Assembly (NCBI GenBank): GCA_016928395.1
Contig: JAFGKV010000038.1
Coordinates: forward strand, 1 to 35,125
DNA length: 35,125 bases
Source of the DNA: Candidatus Fermentibacterota bacterium
Lineage (GTDB): Bacteria > JAFGKV01
Direction of reading: 5' to 3'
The notes beneath the pieces were generated by a model. The model ran no database searches, was not told the origin of the DNA, and saw only the letters and a program-made list of their open reading frames with translations. Below, piece by piece: positions 25,772 to 34,306 of the stretch (position 1 is its first letter; the number at the start of each line of letters is the position of its first letter). Both the position numbers and the translations under genes were made by a program.

Positions 25772-27057
25772 GGTGATGTAGCCTCGGATTCGAAGTGCTC
25801 CTTGCTCAATTCGACAAAGTCCGCATGGCTGATTCGGTGGGCAAATCCCGGGGTCAGCTCAGAATGGCCCATCGCTTCGAGTGCATGGGCGAGCCTCTGC
25901 CACTGCTCGTCGATCCAGGCCTTGACCTGCTCCCGGCCCACTAAGCGGCGACTCTGAAGGTAGAAGTCATCAGGCTGGATCGTGAAGAGCCAGCCACGGC
26001 CATAGCAGTCTTCGTCAAGCAAAGCAGGATCGTCCACCACTGCCCCGTTGACATGGGTGACCGTACCTGAGACCGGCGCCCGCAGGGTCAGGCTGTGCCC
26101 ATCGCTGGTCACCGTAGCCGCCGCGTCCCCGGCGCGTATTGTGTGACCGGGCATAGCGTGCATAATGACTTTTCCGATGGGGCCGACCAGCTGCCGGGCG
26201 AAATCATCCATACCCACGCGGGCATGATCGCCGGTCATCGTGGCCCAGGCATGACCTCGTGAATAGAACCGGTCTTCCACCACGTCAAAGGGGCCGACCT
26301 TGATCGGCGTCTGACGCAATCCCGGGGCGATGGCGAGAATCGGATGGGTGCCGAACTCCTCGAAGATGCGTTGGTCGACCTCGCACTCCGCGCAGCGGAA
26401 GTCATTGGGGCAGATCTTGTATGATATCAAACCCATCCGCGCATAGCGGCACATACGTTTGTCGGAACCGAGCTCCCGGCGCCAGCGTTCGGTGGTCTTC
26501 TCCTCCATGTGCATCGCGCCGGTCGGGCATACATAGACGCATGCCCCGCAGGCAATGCAGGACTCGGGATCTACCGACCATGGGGTCCCCACGATCCGTA
26601 CATTGCCGCGGCCGACAAAGCTGAGTGCCGACGCGCCCACGATTTCATCGCATACGCGCACGCACAGACCGCACATCACGCAATCACTGGCGGCCATGGT
26701 GTGGAATCGAGAGGTGGTCACGCCCACCGATGCGGCCAATTCGCGAACCTTGGGCACGTCGGGACAGCGGGCGAGCATGAGTTCGGCCAGGATCCTGCGG
26801 TGTTGACGGATGCGCTCCGTGTCCGTGAATACCTCAAGGCCTTGCTCCACCGGGAAGTTGCACGAGGTGACCAAACGGGTGCGTCTGCCCCGCTTCACCT
26901 CGACGATGCACATGCGGCAGACGCCATAGGGCTCCAGCCCGTCCATGTGGCAGAGGGTCGGCACGTCGATGCCGAGGCCGCGGATCGCATCCAAAAGGGG
27001 TGATCGGTGAGGGGCCGTTGTTTCCCGACCGTCGATCGTGAGGCGCACCTCGGTCAT
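25768..27057 (-). CDS. NuoG-N/HoxU-like FeS domain fused to a 4-Cys motif and a lipoyl-lysine-less GcvH-like domain
   Basis: PTLCH..CRMC..TSC (2Fe-2S); CVMCGLCVRVC and CIACGACVYVCP; CRYARMGLISYKICPNDFRCAEC; FYSRGHAW, RVGMDDFA, TSDG instead of ESVK, APVSG, CYGRGWL. Confidence 0.88.
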   Translation of the reverse strand: MTEVRLTIDGRETTAPHRSPLLDAIRGLGIDVPTLCHMDGLEPYGVCRMCIVEVKRGRRTRLVTSCNFPVEQGLEVFTDTERIRQHRRILAELMLARCPDVPKVRELAASVGVTTSRFHTMAASDCVMCGLCVRVCDEIVGASALSFVGRGNVRIVGTPWSVDPESCIACGACVYVCPTGAMHMEEKTTERWRRELGSDKRMCRYARMGLISYKICPNDFRCAECEVDQRIFEEFGTHPILAIAPGLRQTPIKVGPFDVVEDRFYSRGHAWATMTGDHARVGMDDFARQLVGPIGKVIMHAMPGHTIRAGDAAATVTSDGHSLTLRAPVSGTVTHVNGAVVDDPALLDEDCYGRGWLFTIQPDDFYLQSRRLVGREQVKAWIDEQWQRLAHALEAMGHSELTPGFAHRISHADFVELSKEHFESEATSP

Positions 27058-28070
27058 GGTGCGCCACGCTTTCCGGCGGTCCTCGCTCGTATACCCTTCT
27101 CTTCCGGTTCGCAGAATGCCTCCACCAAGAAGCGGGAGATGTCGTCAATCATCAGGTCGCCATGGGCGGCCTGCTGGAGAGTGGCCAGGCAGATGGGGCA
27201 CATGGTGGCCACACCTTTGCCCTCGGCATTCTTCAGTTGCTCGACCCGCTTCTTCCCAATCTCGTGGGCCTTCGAGGGGAACAGCGATTCCACCGGGCCT
27301 CCACAGCAGAATGTCAGTTTCCGGCAGTCCTCAGGCTCCCTGACTCCAAACCCCGCCCTCTGCAGCAACTGACGCGGCTCCTCGATGACATTTTCGTACC
27401 GGGCGTAGACGCATGAATCGTGGATCGTGATGTCGTTCTCGACCTGTCTGAGAGGCCGGAGGGTATCGGTAGCAGCCAGAACTTCAAGGTAGCTCTTGAC
27501 CTCGATATCGAAGCCATCGATGACCGTCGGATACACTGAGCGCAGCATGTTGGTGGTGTGCGGATCGATGGTAATAAGCGTGCGAACGCCATGACTCTTG
27601 AGCACGGCGTAGACCTTTCGGGCGTGGGCGGCAAAAACCCTGTCCGCCCCCATATCGAATGCCAGGGCCCCGGCGTAGAGATCATCTTTATAGAGGTAGC
27701 CGAATTGCACCCCCGCCTGAAGAAGAAGGCGGGCAATATCGCGGATGGTGCGCGCGAATCGTTTCTGATCCGACGGTTTGGGCATGAACATGATGGATGA
27801 CACGTTGACTATCCGGTTGAAAAAGCGGCCCAGCCCGACGAATCGCCCCAAGAATGAATTCTCCATCATTCCCATGACGTTCACTGCTGCGATCATATAG
27901 GGAAGCAGTTGGTACATCGAGCCGGTGTACAGAACTGTCTCGCCGCCGGCAGGAATCCCCAGTGAGTCGGCCCATTTGACGGCTTGTCTCCCCGAGATCG
28001 GGAAGACCGACTTCCTCTTCTCGAGATTATCCATCATGATGCCGATCACGGGCCCGGTGGGAAGCGGCAT
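27054..28070 (-). CDS. CCG-domain (HdrB/HdrD-like) Fe-S protein
   Basis: HDSC, FCCGG, TMCPIC in the second domain; first CCG domain degenerate (YTGS, LYAGA, IDPH). Confidence 0.88.
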   Translation of the reverse strand: MPLPTGPVIGIMMDNLEKRKSVFPISGRQAVKWADSLGIPAGGETVLYTGSMYQLLPYMIAAVNVMGMMENSFLGRFVGLGRFFNRIVNVSSIMFMPKPSDQKRFARTIRDIARLLLQAGVQFGYLYKDDLYAGALAFDMGADRVFAAHARKVYAVLKSHGVRTLITIDPHTTNMLRSVYPTVIDGFDIEVKSYLEVLAATDTLRPLRQVENDITIHDSCVYARYENVIEEPRQLLQRAGFGVREPEDCRKLTFCCGGPVESLFPSKAHEIGKKRVEQLKNAEGKGVATMCPICLATLQQAAHGDLMIDDISRFLVEAFCEPEEKGIRARTAGKRGAP

Positions 28071-28085
28071 GAGGGTGCTCCTTTG

Positions 28086-28388
28086 CTACAGCTTGAAGAC
28101 TTCCTTGCCGATATAGGTGCGCAGGAACCGTACGTTCTCTGCGATGTGCACGTTGGCCGTGCAGTTGGCCTCACACATCTTGCATAGCAAACACTGGTAA
28201 ATCGACTCGGTGTGCTCCAGCACCTTCTCTTCAAGTCCCAAGAGGACACAGTGAAAGAGCTTTCGGGGCAGCAGGTCTATTTCCATGGGGCACACGGCGG
28301 TGCAGACACCGCAGTCCATGCACTCCGTGGCGTTGAACTCCTTTGATGTTATCACTTTGCTGAGAAATGCCGCGTTCACCTGCGCCAT
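28086..28388 (-). CDS. HdrC-like 2x[4Fe-4S] protein
   Basis: CMDCGVCTAVCP, PRK, CLLCKMCEANC. Confidence 0.88.
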   Translation of the reverse strand: MAQVNAAFLSKVITSKEFNATECMDCGVCTAVCPMEIDLLPRKLFHCVLLGLEEKVLEHTESIYQCLLCKMCEANCTANVHIAENVRFLRTYIGKEVFKL

Positions 28389-28399
28389 TGCCCTCTCCT

Positions 28400-28639
28400 C
28401 TACTCGCTCTTCACCAATTCATACTGGAAGTAGTCATCGTCGGGGTCTTTGACCTCTGCGATGAGGCCATACTTCCTGGCGGCCATCACCCAGTACATCA
28501 CCTCGTGGACCGGAAAGCCCAAAGACTCGGCGATCTCCGGGACGGTCAGGGGCCCATTCTCCAGCGCGGCCAGCACCTTGTCGCGCATCACCATCTCGTC
28601 TCGTATGACCTCGCGCGGGTCCCGAAGTCGCCTATCCAC
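28400..28639 (-). CDS. Small winged-HTH protein
   Basis: VLAALENGPLTVPEIAESLG...RKYGLI; start overlaps hdrA stop. Confidence 0.75.
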   Translation of the reverse strand: MDRRLRDPREVIRDEMVMRDKVLAALENGPLTVPEIAESLGFPVHEVMYWVMAARKYGLIAEVKDPDDDYFQYELVKSE

Positions 28640-30368
28640 GGGAGGCCTCCACCATATCGATCATCATGGCGTCAATCATCGCGCGGATCTGCCCGTCGGT
28701 GTAGCCCTTCACCCCCAGCGCCCCCTGCGGGCACGCCGGCACGCAGGCGCCACACCCCTTGCACAATGACGTGTTGACTTCGGCGATCTCCTTGTCCCCA
28801 AAGGAGATCTTCTCGATAGCGGAGTAGGGACAGCTCCCGACACATTCGCCGCACCATGTACAGGTTTCCGGATCCACCACAGCTATCAAGGGCTCCAACT
28901 CGACATAGCCCTTCTTCAGGAGGGCTGCCGTCTTTGCCACGGCGGCCAATGACGATGCGACGCTTTCGGCCGAGTTGCGGGGCGCCTGGGCCGTACCGGC
29001 GATGAAGACGCCGTCGATGACGGTCTCCACTGGCCGCAGCTTGGGGTGGATCTCCTTGAAGAAACCATCCAAGCCCACGGGAACTTTGAGGACGTCATTC
29101 AAGGCCTGGTTCGGTCGAGGCTCCATGCCGGTCGCCAACACCACCAGATCGGTCTCGATATCCAGCTCCTCACCGGCCATCAGCATGTCCTTGACCTGGA
29201 TTCGGAAGCGCCCGTTGGATTTCTCCACCTGAGGCGGATCCTCGCCATCAAACCTGATGAAGACGGCACCCTTCTGACGCGCGTCCTGGTAGAGAAGCTC
29301 ATACTTTCCGTACGTACGGATATCTCGGAAGAGATGAAACTGGTGCACTGCGGGGGATAGCTCGTGCGCCAAAGAGGATGCATGCATGGCCGCATTGCAG
29401 CAGTAACGCGAGCAATACATGTTTGGTGTGTCTTTCTGGGAGCTTCCTCGCGAACCAACGCAGTAAATGTAGGTCACCGTGTCAACCGGCCTGCCTCGAT
29501 ACGTGAGCCCGCCCTCGCTCCCATCGAGCAGGCGTTTGAACTCGGTCAGTGTCAGGACGCCGTCGGTACCATACGAATATTCACCGCTGGCGGGTTCGTA
29601 CGGGACGAACCCCGTGGTGGTGATGATCGAACCAACACTGAGAGTCACCGGCTCACCCTTTACATCGAGTCTGACCGTGAAGTCTCCTACGCTCCCCGAC
29701 TTCTCCCGGAGCTCGGCGTGGGTGTAGATGTGCACGTTCTCCCGTAGTCCGGCTTCTCGAACAAGGTCAGCGATCAGATCCTGTCCTCGACGATCATGGG
29801 GATACATCCGACCAAACTCTGCGACCCAGCCGCCAACCTTGTCACTCTTCTCGGCCACAAACACGCTGAGGCCAAGATCGGACAGCGCCAATGCAGCCCG
29901 GAGCCCGGAGATCCCGGCACCAATCACCAGGGCACGCGGAACGGTCTCGATCCGAGTCTTGATCAGAGGCTCCGTGAGGCGTGCCTTGGCAATGCCGGCC
30001 TTGACGAGATTGATGGCTTTCTCGGTAGCCTGGTCAGGCACATCGGTGTGCGCCCAGGAGCACTGCTCCCGCAGGTTCACCTGGATATACAGATAGGGAT
30101 TCAAGCCTGCCCGTTCGGCGACACCCCGGAAGGTGAACAGGTGGAGGGTCGGGGAGCACGAGGCAACTACCAAGGCGTCGAGCCCTTGCTGCTGGATGTC
30201 GTCTATCATCTCTTGCTGGGCCGCGTCGGAGCAGGCAAACATGGTAGTCTTGGCGACCTTGACTTCCTCTTCGCCGGCGATCGCATCACGGACCGATTCG
30301 CAGTTCACATAGTCGGAGATGTTTCCACCGCAGTAACAGATATAGACGCCGATCTTCCTGGTGCTCAT
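28632..30368 (-). CDS. hdrA: HdrA-family FAD/FeS protein (N-terminal domain, FAD domain, C-terminal ferredoxin; no inserted ferredoxin)
   Basis: IGVYICYCGGNI, ASCSP, NLREQCSWAH, VIGAGISG, CVGSR...CSRYCC, HPKLRPVET, two CxxCxxCxxxCP. Confidence 0.92.
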   Translation of the reverse strand: MSTRKIGVYICYCGGNISDYVNCESVRDAIAGEEEVKVAKTTMFACSDAAQQEMIDDIQQQGLDALVVASCSPTLHLFTFRGVAERAGLNPYLYIQVNLREQCSWAHTDVPDQATEKAINLVKAGIAKARLTEPLIKTRIETVPRALVIGAGISGLRAALALSDLGLSVFVAEKSDKVGGWVAEFGRMYPHDRRGQDLIADLVREAGLRENVHIYTHAELREKSGSVGDFTVRLDVKGEPVTLSVGSIITTTGFVPYEPASGEYSYGTDGVLTLTEFKRLLDGSEGGLTYRGRPVDTVTYIYCVGSRGSSQKDTPNMYCSRYCCNAAMHASSLAHELSPAVHQFHLFRDIRTYGKYELLYQDARQKGAVFIRFDGEDPPQVEKSNGRFRIQVKDMLMAGEELDIETDLVVLATGMEPRPNQALNDVLKVPVGLDGFFKEIHPKLRPVETVIDGVFIAGTAQAPRNSAESVASSLAAVAKTAALLKKGYVELEPLIAVVDPETCTWCGECVGSCPYSAIEKISFGDKEIAEVNTSLCKGCGACVPACPQGALGVKGYTDGQIRAMIDAMMIDMVEASRG

Positions 30369-33073
30369 CGCTTCACTCTCTCAACGTATGCCGCACTCAA
30401 GGCAGCAGCCGCCCCGGAATGCAGGATGGTATCCGGGATATCCATAGCCGCCGATGCCGAGCCGGCCACATACACCCCCTCGATGCTGGTCTGGCCCGGG
30501 CTGAGATCCTCGTCAGTCTCCTTCACATAGTGATGGGCGTCAGGAGCCAAAGCGCCACCAGAGAAGAGCGACAGGGCCTCGCGATTTGGCAGCAACCCCA
30601 CCGAGAGGATCACGAGATCATGCTCGGTTCGCACCACCTTGCCTTCGCCGCTGATGTCCTCATACTGCAGTATCAGGTTGCCATCGTCACCCTGTTCGAC
30701 CTTGGCCACCTTGCCCTTCACGAAGTTGACTCCCATGGCCTTGGATTGCTCGTAGAATTCCTCGAATCCTTTGCCGAACGCCCGCACGTCGATGAAGTAG
30801 ATCGTCACGTCCGCCAGCGGCAGAGCCCCCATAACGAGCTGCGCCTGCTTGATCGTGTACATGCAGCACACCCGCGAGCACAGCTGATTGTCCGACTGGA
30901 AGTCGCGGGAGCCCGTGCAGAGAATGTAGGCGATGTTGTCAGGGATCTTCCCGTCTGACGGGCGAAGCACGGTGTTGTACGGCCGCGTGGGGGAAAGCAA
31001 CCGATCCATCTGCATGGCAGTGATCACATTGGGGAACCGGCCGTACCCCATCTGAACCTTGCCGACGGGGTCGAAAAGGTCGAACCCAGTGGAGACCACC
31101 ACCGAGCCCACTTCAAGGATCTGCTCCTGATCGCGCATGCCGAAGTCAATGGCATCGGCAGGACACGCGCTGATGCATTGGTGGCACTCACAGCAGCCGC
31201 CGCAATCGATGCACCGTGCCGCGCTCTGGCGGGCCGCAGCCTCCTCAACCCCCAACTCCACCTCGTCAAAGTCGGTCCGGCGTTGTGCCGCGGGGCGGAG
31301 ATCGCGGCTCGCTCGAGGCAGCGTGGTGTAGTGGTCTTGGCGCGTGAGGGTACGACTCTTTTCGACCGCAATGAGGTCTGCGTCGACGTCATCGCGGATC
31401 CGCGGCTGGCCTCGCAAGAAGCGGTCAATACACCGAGCGGCACGACTGCCAAGACCGATGGCCTCAACCACCGAGCTCGGTCCCGAAACCACGTCTCCTC
31501 CGGCAAATACACCGGGAATAGCGGTCTCCATGGTACGAGGATCAATAACGATCGTGTGCGATGGCGTGGTGTGAAGCCCTGATGTGCCGCCTGCGGAGCC
31601 AACATCCTGCCCCACGGCGAGGATCATTCGGTCAACCTCCATGGATTCGGTGCCCGGCCCGACGGAGCCAGGCAGGACTCGTCCCGTCACATCTCGCCCG
31701 CCTACTCGTATCTCCGCGCTCTCCACCCGCACCAGTTGCCCATCCACTCCCACCAGTTTCGCGGGGGCCCTCAAGAATTGGATGGTCACTCCTTCCTCAA
31801 GGGCGTCTTCAATGGCCCACTCCACGCTGGAAAGCTCTTCCCTGCTGCGGCGGAACTGCACCACCACGCGCGTAGCCCCCAACCGGGACGCGGTACGGGC
31901 GCAATCCAGCGCGATGCCGTACCTGCCCCCCCCGGCCACCAACACGGTCTTGCCGCGCACATTGGGCGGGTTGCCGGCGGCAACCTGTGTGAGAAACTGA
32001 ACCGCTCCCATCACCCCTTCCAGGTCAACGCCGTCAATGGCGGGAATAGAGTCTTTCCATGTGCCCGTGGCCACGAATACGGCATCGAAGCCCTGCCGCG
32101 CGAGCCGTGACGGATCATCAACCGCCTGACCGGTGCGGATCTCGACTCCCAATGCCGTGACATTGGCTATGTCGCGTTCAAGCACTTCCGTGGGCAGGCG
32201 GAAAGGCGGGATGAGACGAAGCATGCCCCCCGGCTTTTCCTGGGCCTCAAATACAGTGACTGGGTAGCCGAGCCGTGCCAGGTGATACGCGGCCGTCAGC
32301 CCGGCCGGCCCGGCGCCAACCACGGCCACCCGCTCGTTGTGCCGATCCTCGGGAGGGCCGTACTCAGGCTGCGGATGCAACTGGTAATAGCGGTCAGCGG
32401 CATACCGCTTGAGTGTGCGGATAGGGACGGAGCCTTCCAGTTCATTGCGCGTGCAGGCCCGCTCGCAGGGCGCATAGCATGTCCTCCCGAGCGTACCCAC
32501 GAAGGGGACTGCCTCCAGGATCAGTTTCATCGCCTCGTCATGCAGGCCGCTGCGGATCAGGGAGACATACCCGTGAGCCTTGATGCCCGCTGGGCATGCC
32601 TGGGTGCATGGCGATGTCCCGTACCGTTCGAGTACGGCCTTCTTGGGTACTGCCTGCGCAAACGGAATATACGCCGCCCTTCGAGCCACCATGCCGAAAT
32701 TGAACTGATCAGGTATGGCCACGGTGCATGCCAGCTCACACTTCTGGCACCCCGTGCACTTGTCGAAATCGACATAGGTGGCCTTCCGTTCAAGCTTCGC
32801 CTCGAAAGTACCGCGAGGCGTCTTGGCTATGCCCCCGATCGTAGTATAGGTCAAGGTCGTGACCTGCGGGTGATGAAAGGTGGAGGCCATCTTCGGTGTG
32901 GCGATGCAACTGGCGCAGTCCAGCGTGGGGAAGACCTTGCTCAGCAGGATCATCTTGCCACCGATGGTGGGTTCCTTTTCCACCAGTGCCACGGAGTAGC
33001 CCATGTCGCCCAGTGTGAGTGCGGATTCCATACCCGCGGTTCCCCCCCCCACCACGAGGACGTCATAGTCCAT
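30365..33073 (-). CDS. HdrA-family protein with inserted GltD/NfnB-like pyridine-nucleotide oxidoreductase module (HdrL-like), lacking HdrA N-terminal domain
   Basis: VVGGGTAG, FPTLDCASC, CTGCQKC; insert PCTQACPAG, CYAPCERAC, VGAGPAG, FAGGD; CCECHQCISACP, CTGSRD, CSRVCCMY; ATG 33073 directly after mvhD stop. Confidence 0.9.
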   Translation of the reverse strand: MDYDVLVVGGGTAGMESALTLGDMGYSVALVEKEPTIGGKMILLSKVFPTLDCASCIATPKMASTFHHPQVTTLTYTTIGGIAKTPRGTFEAKLERKATYVDFDKCTGCQKCELACTVAIPDQFNFGMVARRAAYIPFAQAVPKKAVLERYGTSPCTQACPAGIKAHGYVSLIRSGLHDEAMKLILEAVPFVGTLGRTCYAPCERACTRNELEGSVPIRTLKRYAADRYYQLHPQPEYGPPEDRHNERVAVVGAGPAGLTAAYHLARLGYPVTVFEAQEKPGGMLRLIPPFRLPTEVLERDIANVTALGVEIRTGQAVDDPSRLARQGFDAVFVATGTWKDSIPAIDGVDLEGVMGAVQFLTQVAAGNPPNVRGKTVLVAGGGRYGIALDCARTASRLGATRVVVQFRRSREELSSVEWAIEDALEEGVTIQFLRAPAKLVGVDGQLVRVESAEIRVGGRDVTGRVLPGSVGPGTESMEVDRMILAVGQDVGSAGGTSGLHTTPSHTIVIDPRTMETAIPGVFAGGDVVSGPSSVVEAIGLGSRAARCIDRFLRGQPRIRDDVDADLIAVEKSRTLTRQDHYTTLPRASRDLRPAAQRRTDFDEVELGVEEAAARQSAARCIDCGGCCECHQCISACPADAIDFGMRDQEQILEVGSVVVSTGFDLFDPVGKVQMGYGRFPNVITAMQMDRLLSPTRPYNTVLRPSDGKIPDNIAYILCTGSRDFQSDNQLCSRVCCMYTIKQAQLVMGALPLADVTIYFIDVRAFGKGFEEFYEQSKAMGVNFVKGKVAKVEQGDDGNLILQYEDISGEGKVVRTEHDLVILSVGLLPNREALSLFSGGALAPDAHHYVKETDEDLSPGQTSIEGVYVAGSASAAMDIPDTILHSGAAAALSAAYVERVKR

Positions 33074-33074
33074 C

Positions 33075-33509
33075 TCAGCCTGCCTTCCCTGGAGATCCAA
33101 GCTTCTTGAGGTCAGTGAAGAAGTTCTTCATGTGCCGTTGGAAGGCCTCTGCGCATACGGAGCAGATGGCAGCCATCTTCAGCCGCTCCGGCTTCAGACC
33201 GTGTTCTCTGAGAAGGTTCTGCGCCCGTTCCATCACCTTGGCGGTCCTGTCCGTGCAGTCAGGGAGGAACGGGCAGTCCGTTCCGTCGGCGGCAACGAAC
33301 ACGCCGTCAAACCCGTGGGTGAGCGCGTAGAGAACCCACTCCGGCCTGATGCCGCTGGAGCAGGGAAGCGGAATAGAGATGGCGGTGGGAGGATAGTGCA
33401 TGTGGGAACTGCCGGCCATATCAATGCCGATGTCGGAAATGGTTACCGTCGAGAACACGAGAATCCGTGGCCGGAAGTCGTCTCCCGCCATCCCACCGCC
33501 ATGCTCCAT
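33075..33509 (-). CDS. MvhD/FlpD-like iron-sulfur subunit (atypical Cys pattern)
   Basis: FRPRILVF, IDMAG...YP, PCSS, GFDGVFVA, DC, GLKPERL; C-terminal CSVC. Confidence 0.82.
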   Translation of the reverse strand: MEHGGGMAGDDFRPRILVFSTVTISDIGIDMAGSSHMHYPPTAISIPLPCSSGIRPEWVLYALTHGFDGVFVAADGTDCPFLPDCTDRTAKVMERAQNLLREHGLKPERLKMAAICSVCAEAFQRHMKNFFTDLKKLGSPGKAG

Positions 33510-33511
33510 GG

Positions 33512-33769
33512 CTACTTGCCTCGTCTGACGAAGATGCGCCAGAATCCGGCATCCTCTACCGTGCCGAGATATTCATGGCCCTTCTTCTCTGCCCATCGTG
33601 GCACGTCCTTGTTGGTGCTCGCGTCCGAGGAGAGCAGTTCCATGACCTGTCCCACCTGCACGGTAGTGATGCCCTTCTTGACTTCCAGCAGCGGTCCGGG
33701 ACAGGCAGTCCCTCGTGCATCAACCAGCTTGTCAGCCTTGATCGCCTTCAGTTCCTCCAGTGTTGCCAT
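33512..33769 (-). CDS. tusA: TusA-family sulfur carrier
   Basis: VDARGTACPGP, LLSSD, DVPRW. Confidence 0.93.
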   Translation of the reverse strand: MATLEELKAIKADKLVDARGTACPGPLLEVKKGITTVQVGQVMELLSSDASTNKDVPRWAEKKGHEYLGTVEDAGFWRIFVRRGK

Positions 33770-33784
33770 GGTCTTACCCCTTCT

Positions 33785-34144
33785 TTAGCAGAATGTCAGT
33801 ACGATGTCGGCATCTTCCGCTTCGTCTACGAATGTCGCCACGCCTCCGCACTCGACGCCCTCAATGAGGTCCTCTTCCTTGCAGCCTACGATGGGAAACG
33901 CCGCCGAGCAGGCAATGAGCTTGGCATTTGCTTCACGGGCGATGTCGATGAATTGCGGCAATGACTTGGGCGCGCCTTCGAGCTTGATCTTCTCGGCGCC
34001 GCCCTTGCGGATAATGTTCAACCCCTCCATGGTGAAGAAGAGCACAAGCTCCATGTCCATGGCAATGGCGCCACTCCCTAGCATGAATGGGGGAAACGCC
34101 TTCTGAGGCTTATCGGATCCGCAGAATACCACCATCTTGGCCAT
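33785..34144 (-). CDS. DsrE/DsrE2-family sulfurtransferase
   Basis: LFFTMEGL, LIACS, EEDLIEGV, GVATF; RBS GGAGG. Confidence 0.88.
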   Translation of the reverse strand: MAKMVVFCGSDKPQKAFPPFMLGSGAIAMDMELVLFFTMEGLNIIRKGGAEKIKLEGAPKSLPQFIDIAREANAKLIACSAAFPIVGCKEEDLIEGVECGGVATFVDEAEDADIVLTFC

Positions 34145-34306
34145 GAATTCCTCCGTGCGCAGAAAACAGATTCAACTGCAGCAGCCCCGCCCTTTTCTTC
34201 CAGCGTGGCGTGATCTAACGGCTCAAACGTCTCGAGGTCTTCGGAATGAAACCTCCTTGTTGTGTGGTGTCTTCGTGACGTGACGCAGAAAACGTGGATG
34301 CCACGG

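Noticed and set aside
17275-27057. Glycine cleavage system or sHdr LbpA
   Set aside because: Both GcvH-like domains lack the lipoyl Lys, and no gcvP/T/L or lipoylation genes are in the window.
23001-27057. Respiratory complex I nuoEFG or a hydrogenase
   Set aside because: No membrane Nuo subunits, H-cluster motifs or NiFe large subunit; the architecture is HydBCD-like.
27054-33509. Selenocysteine read-through in Hdr/MvhD genes
   Set aside because: The ORFs are uninterrupted and their TGA stops sit at natural ends, overlapping or abutting the next start.
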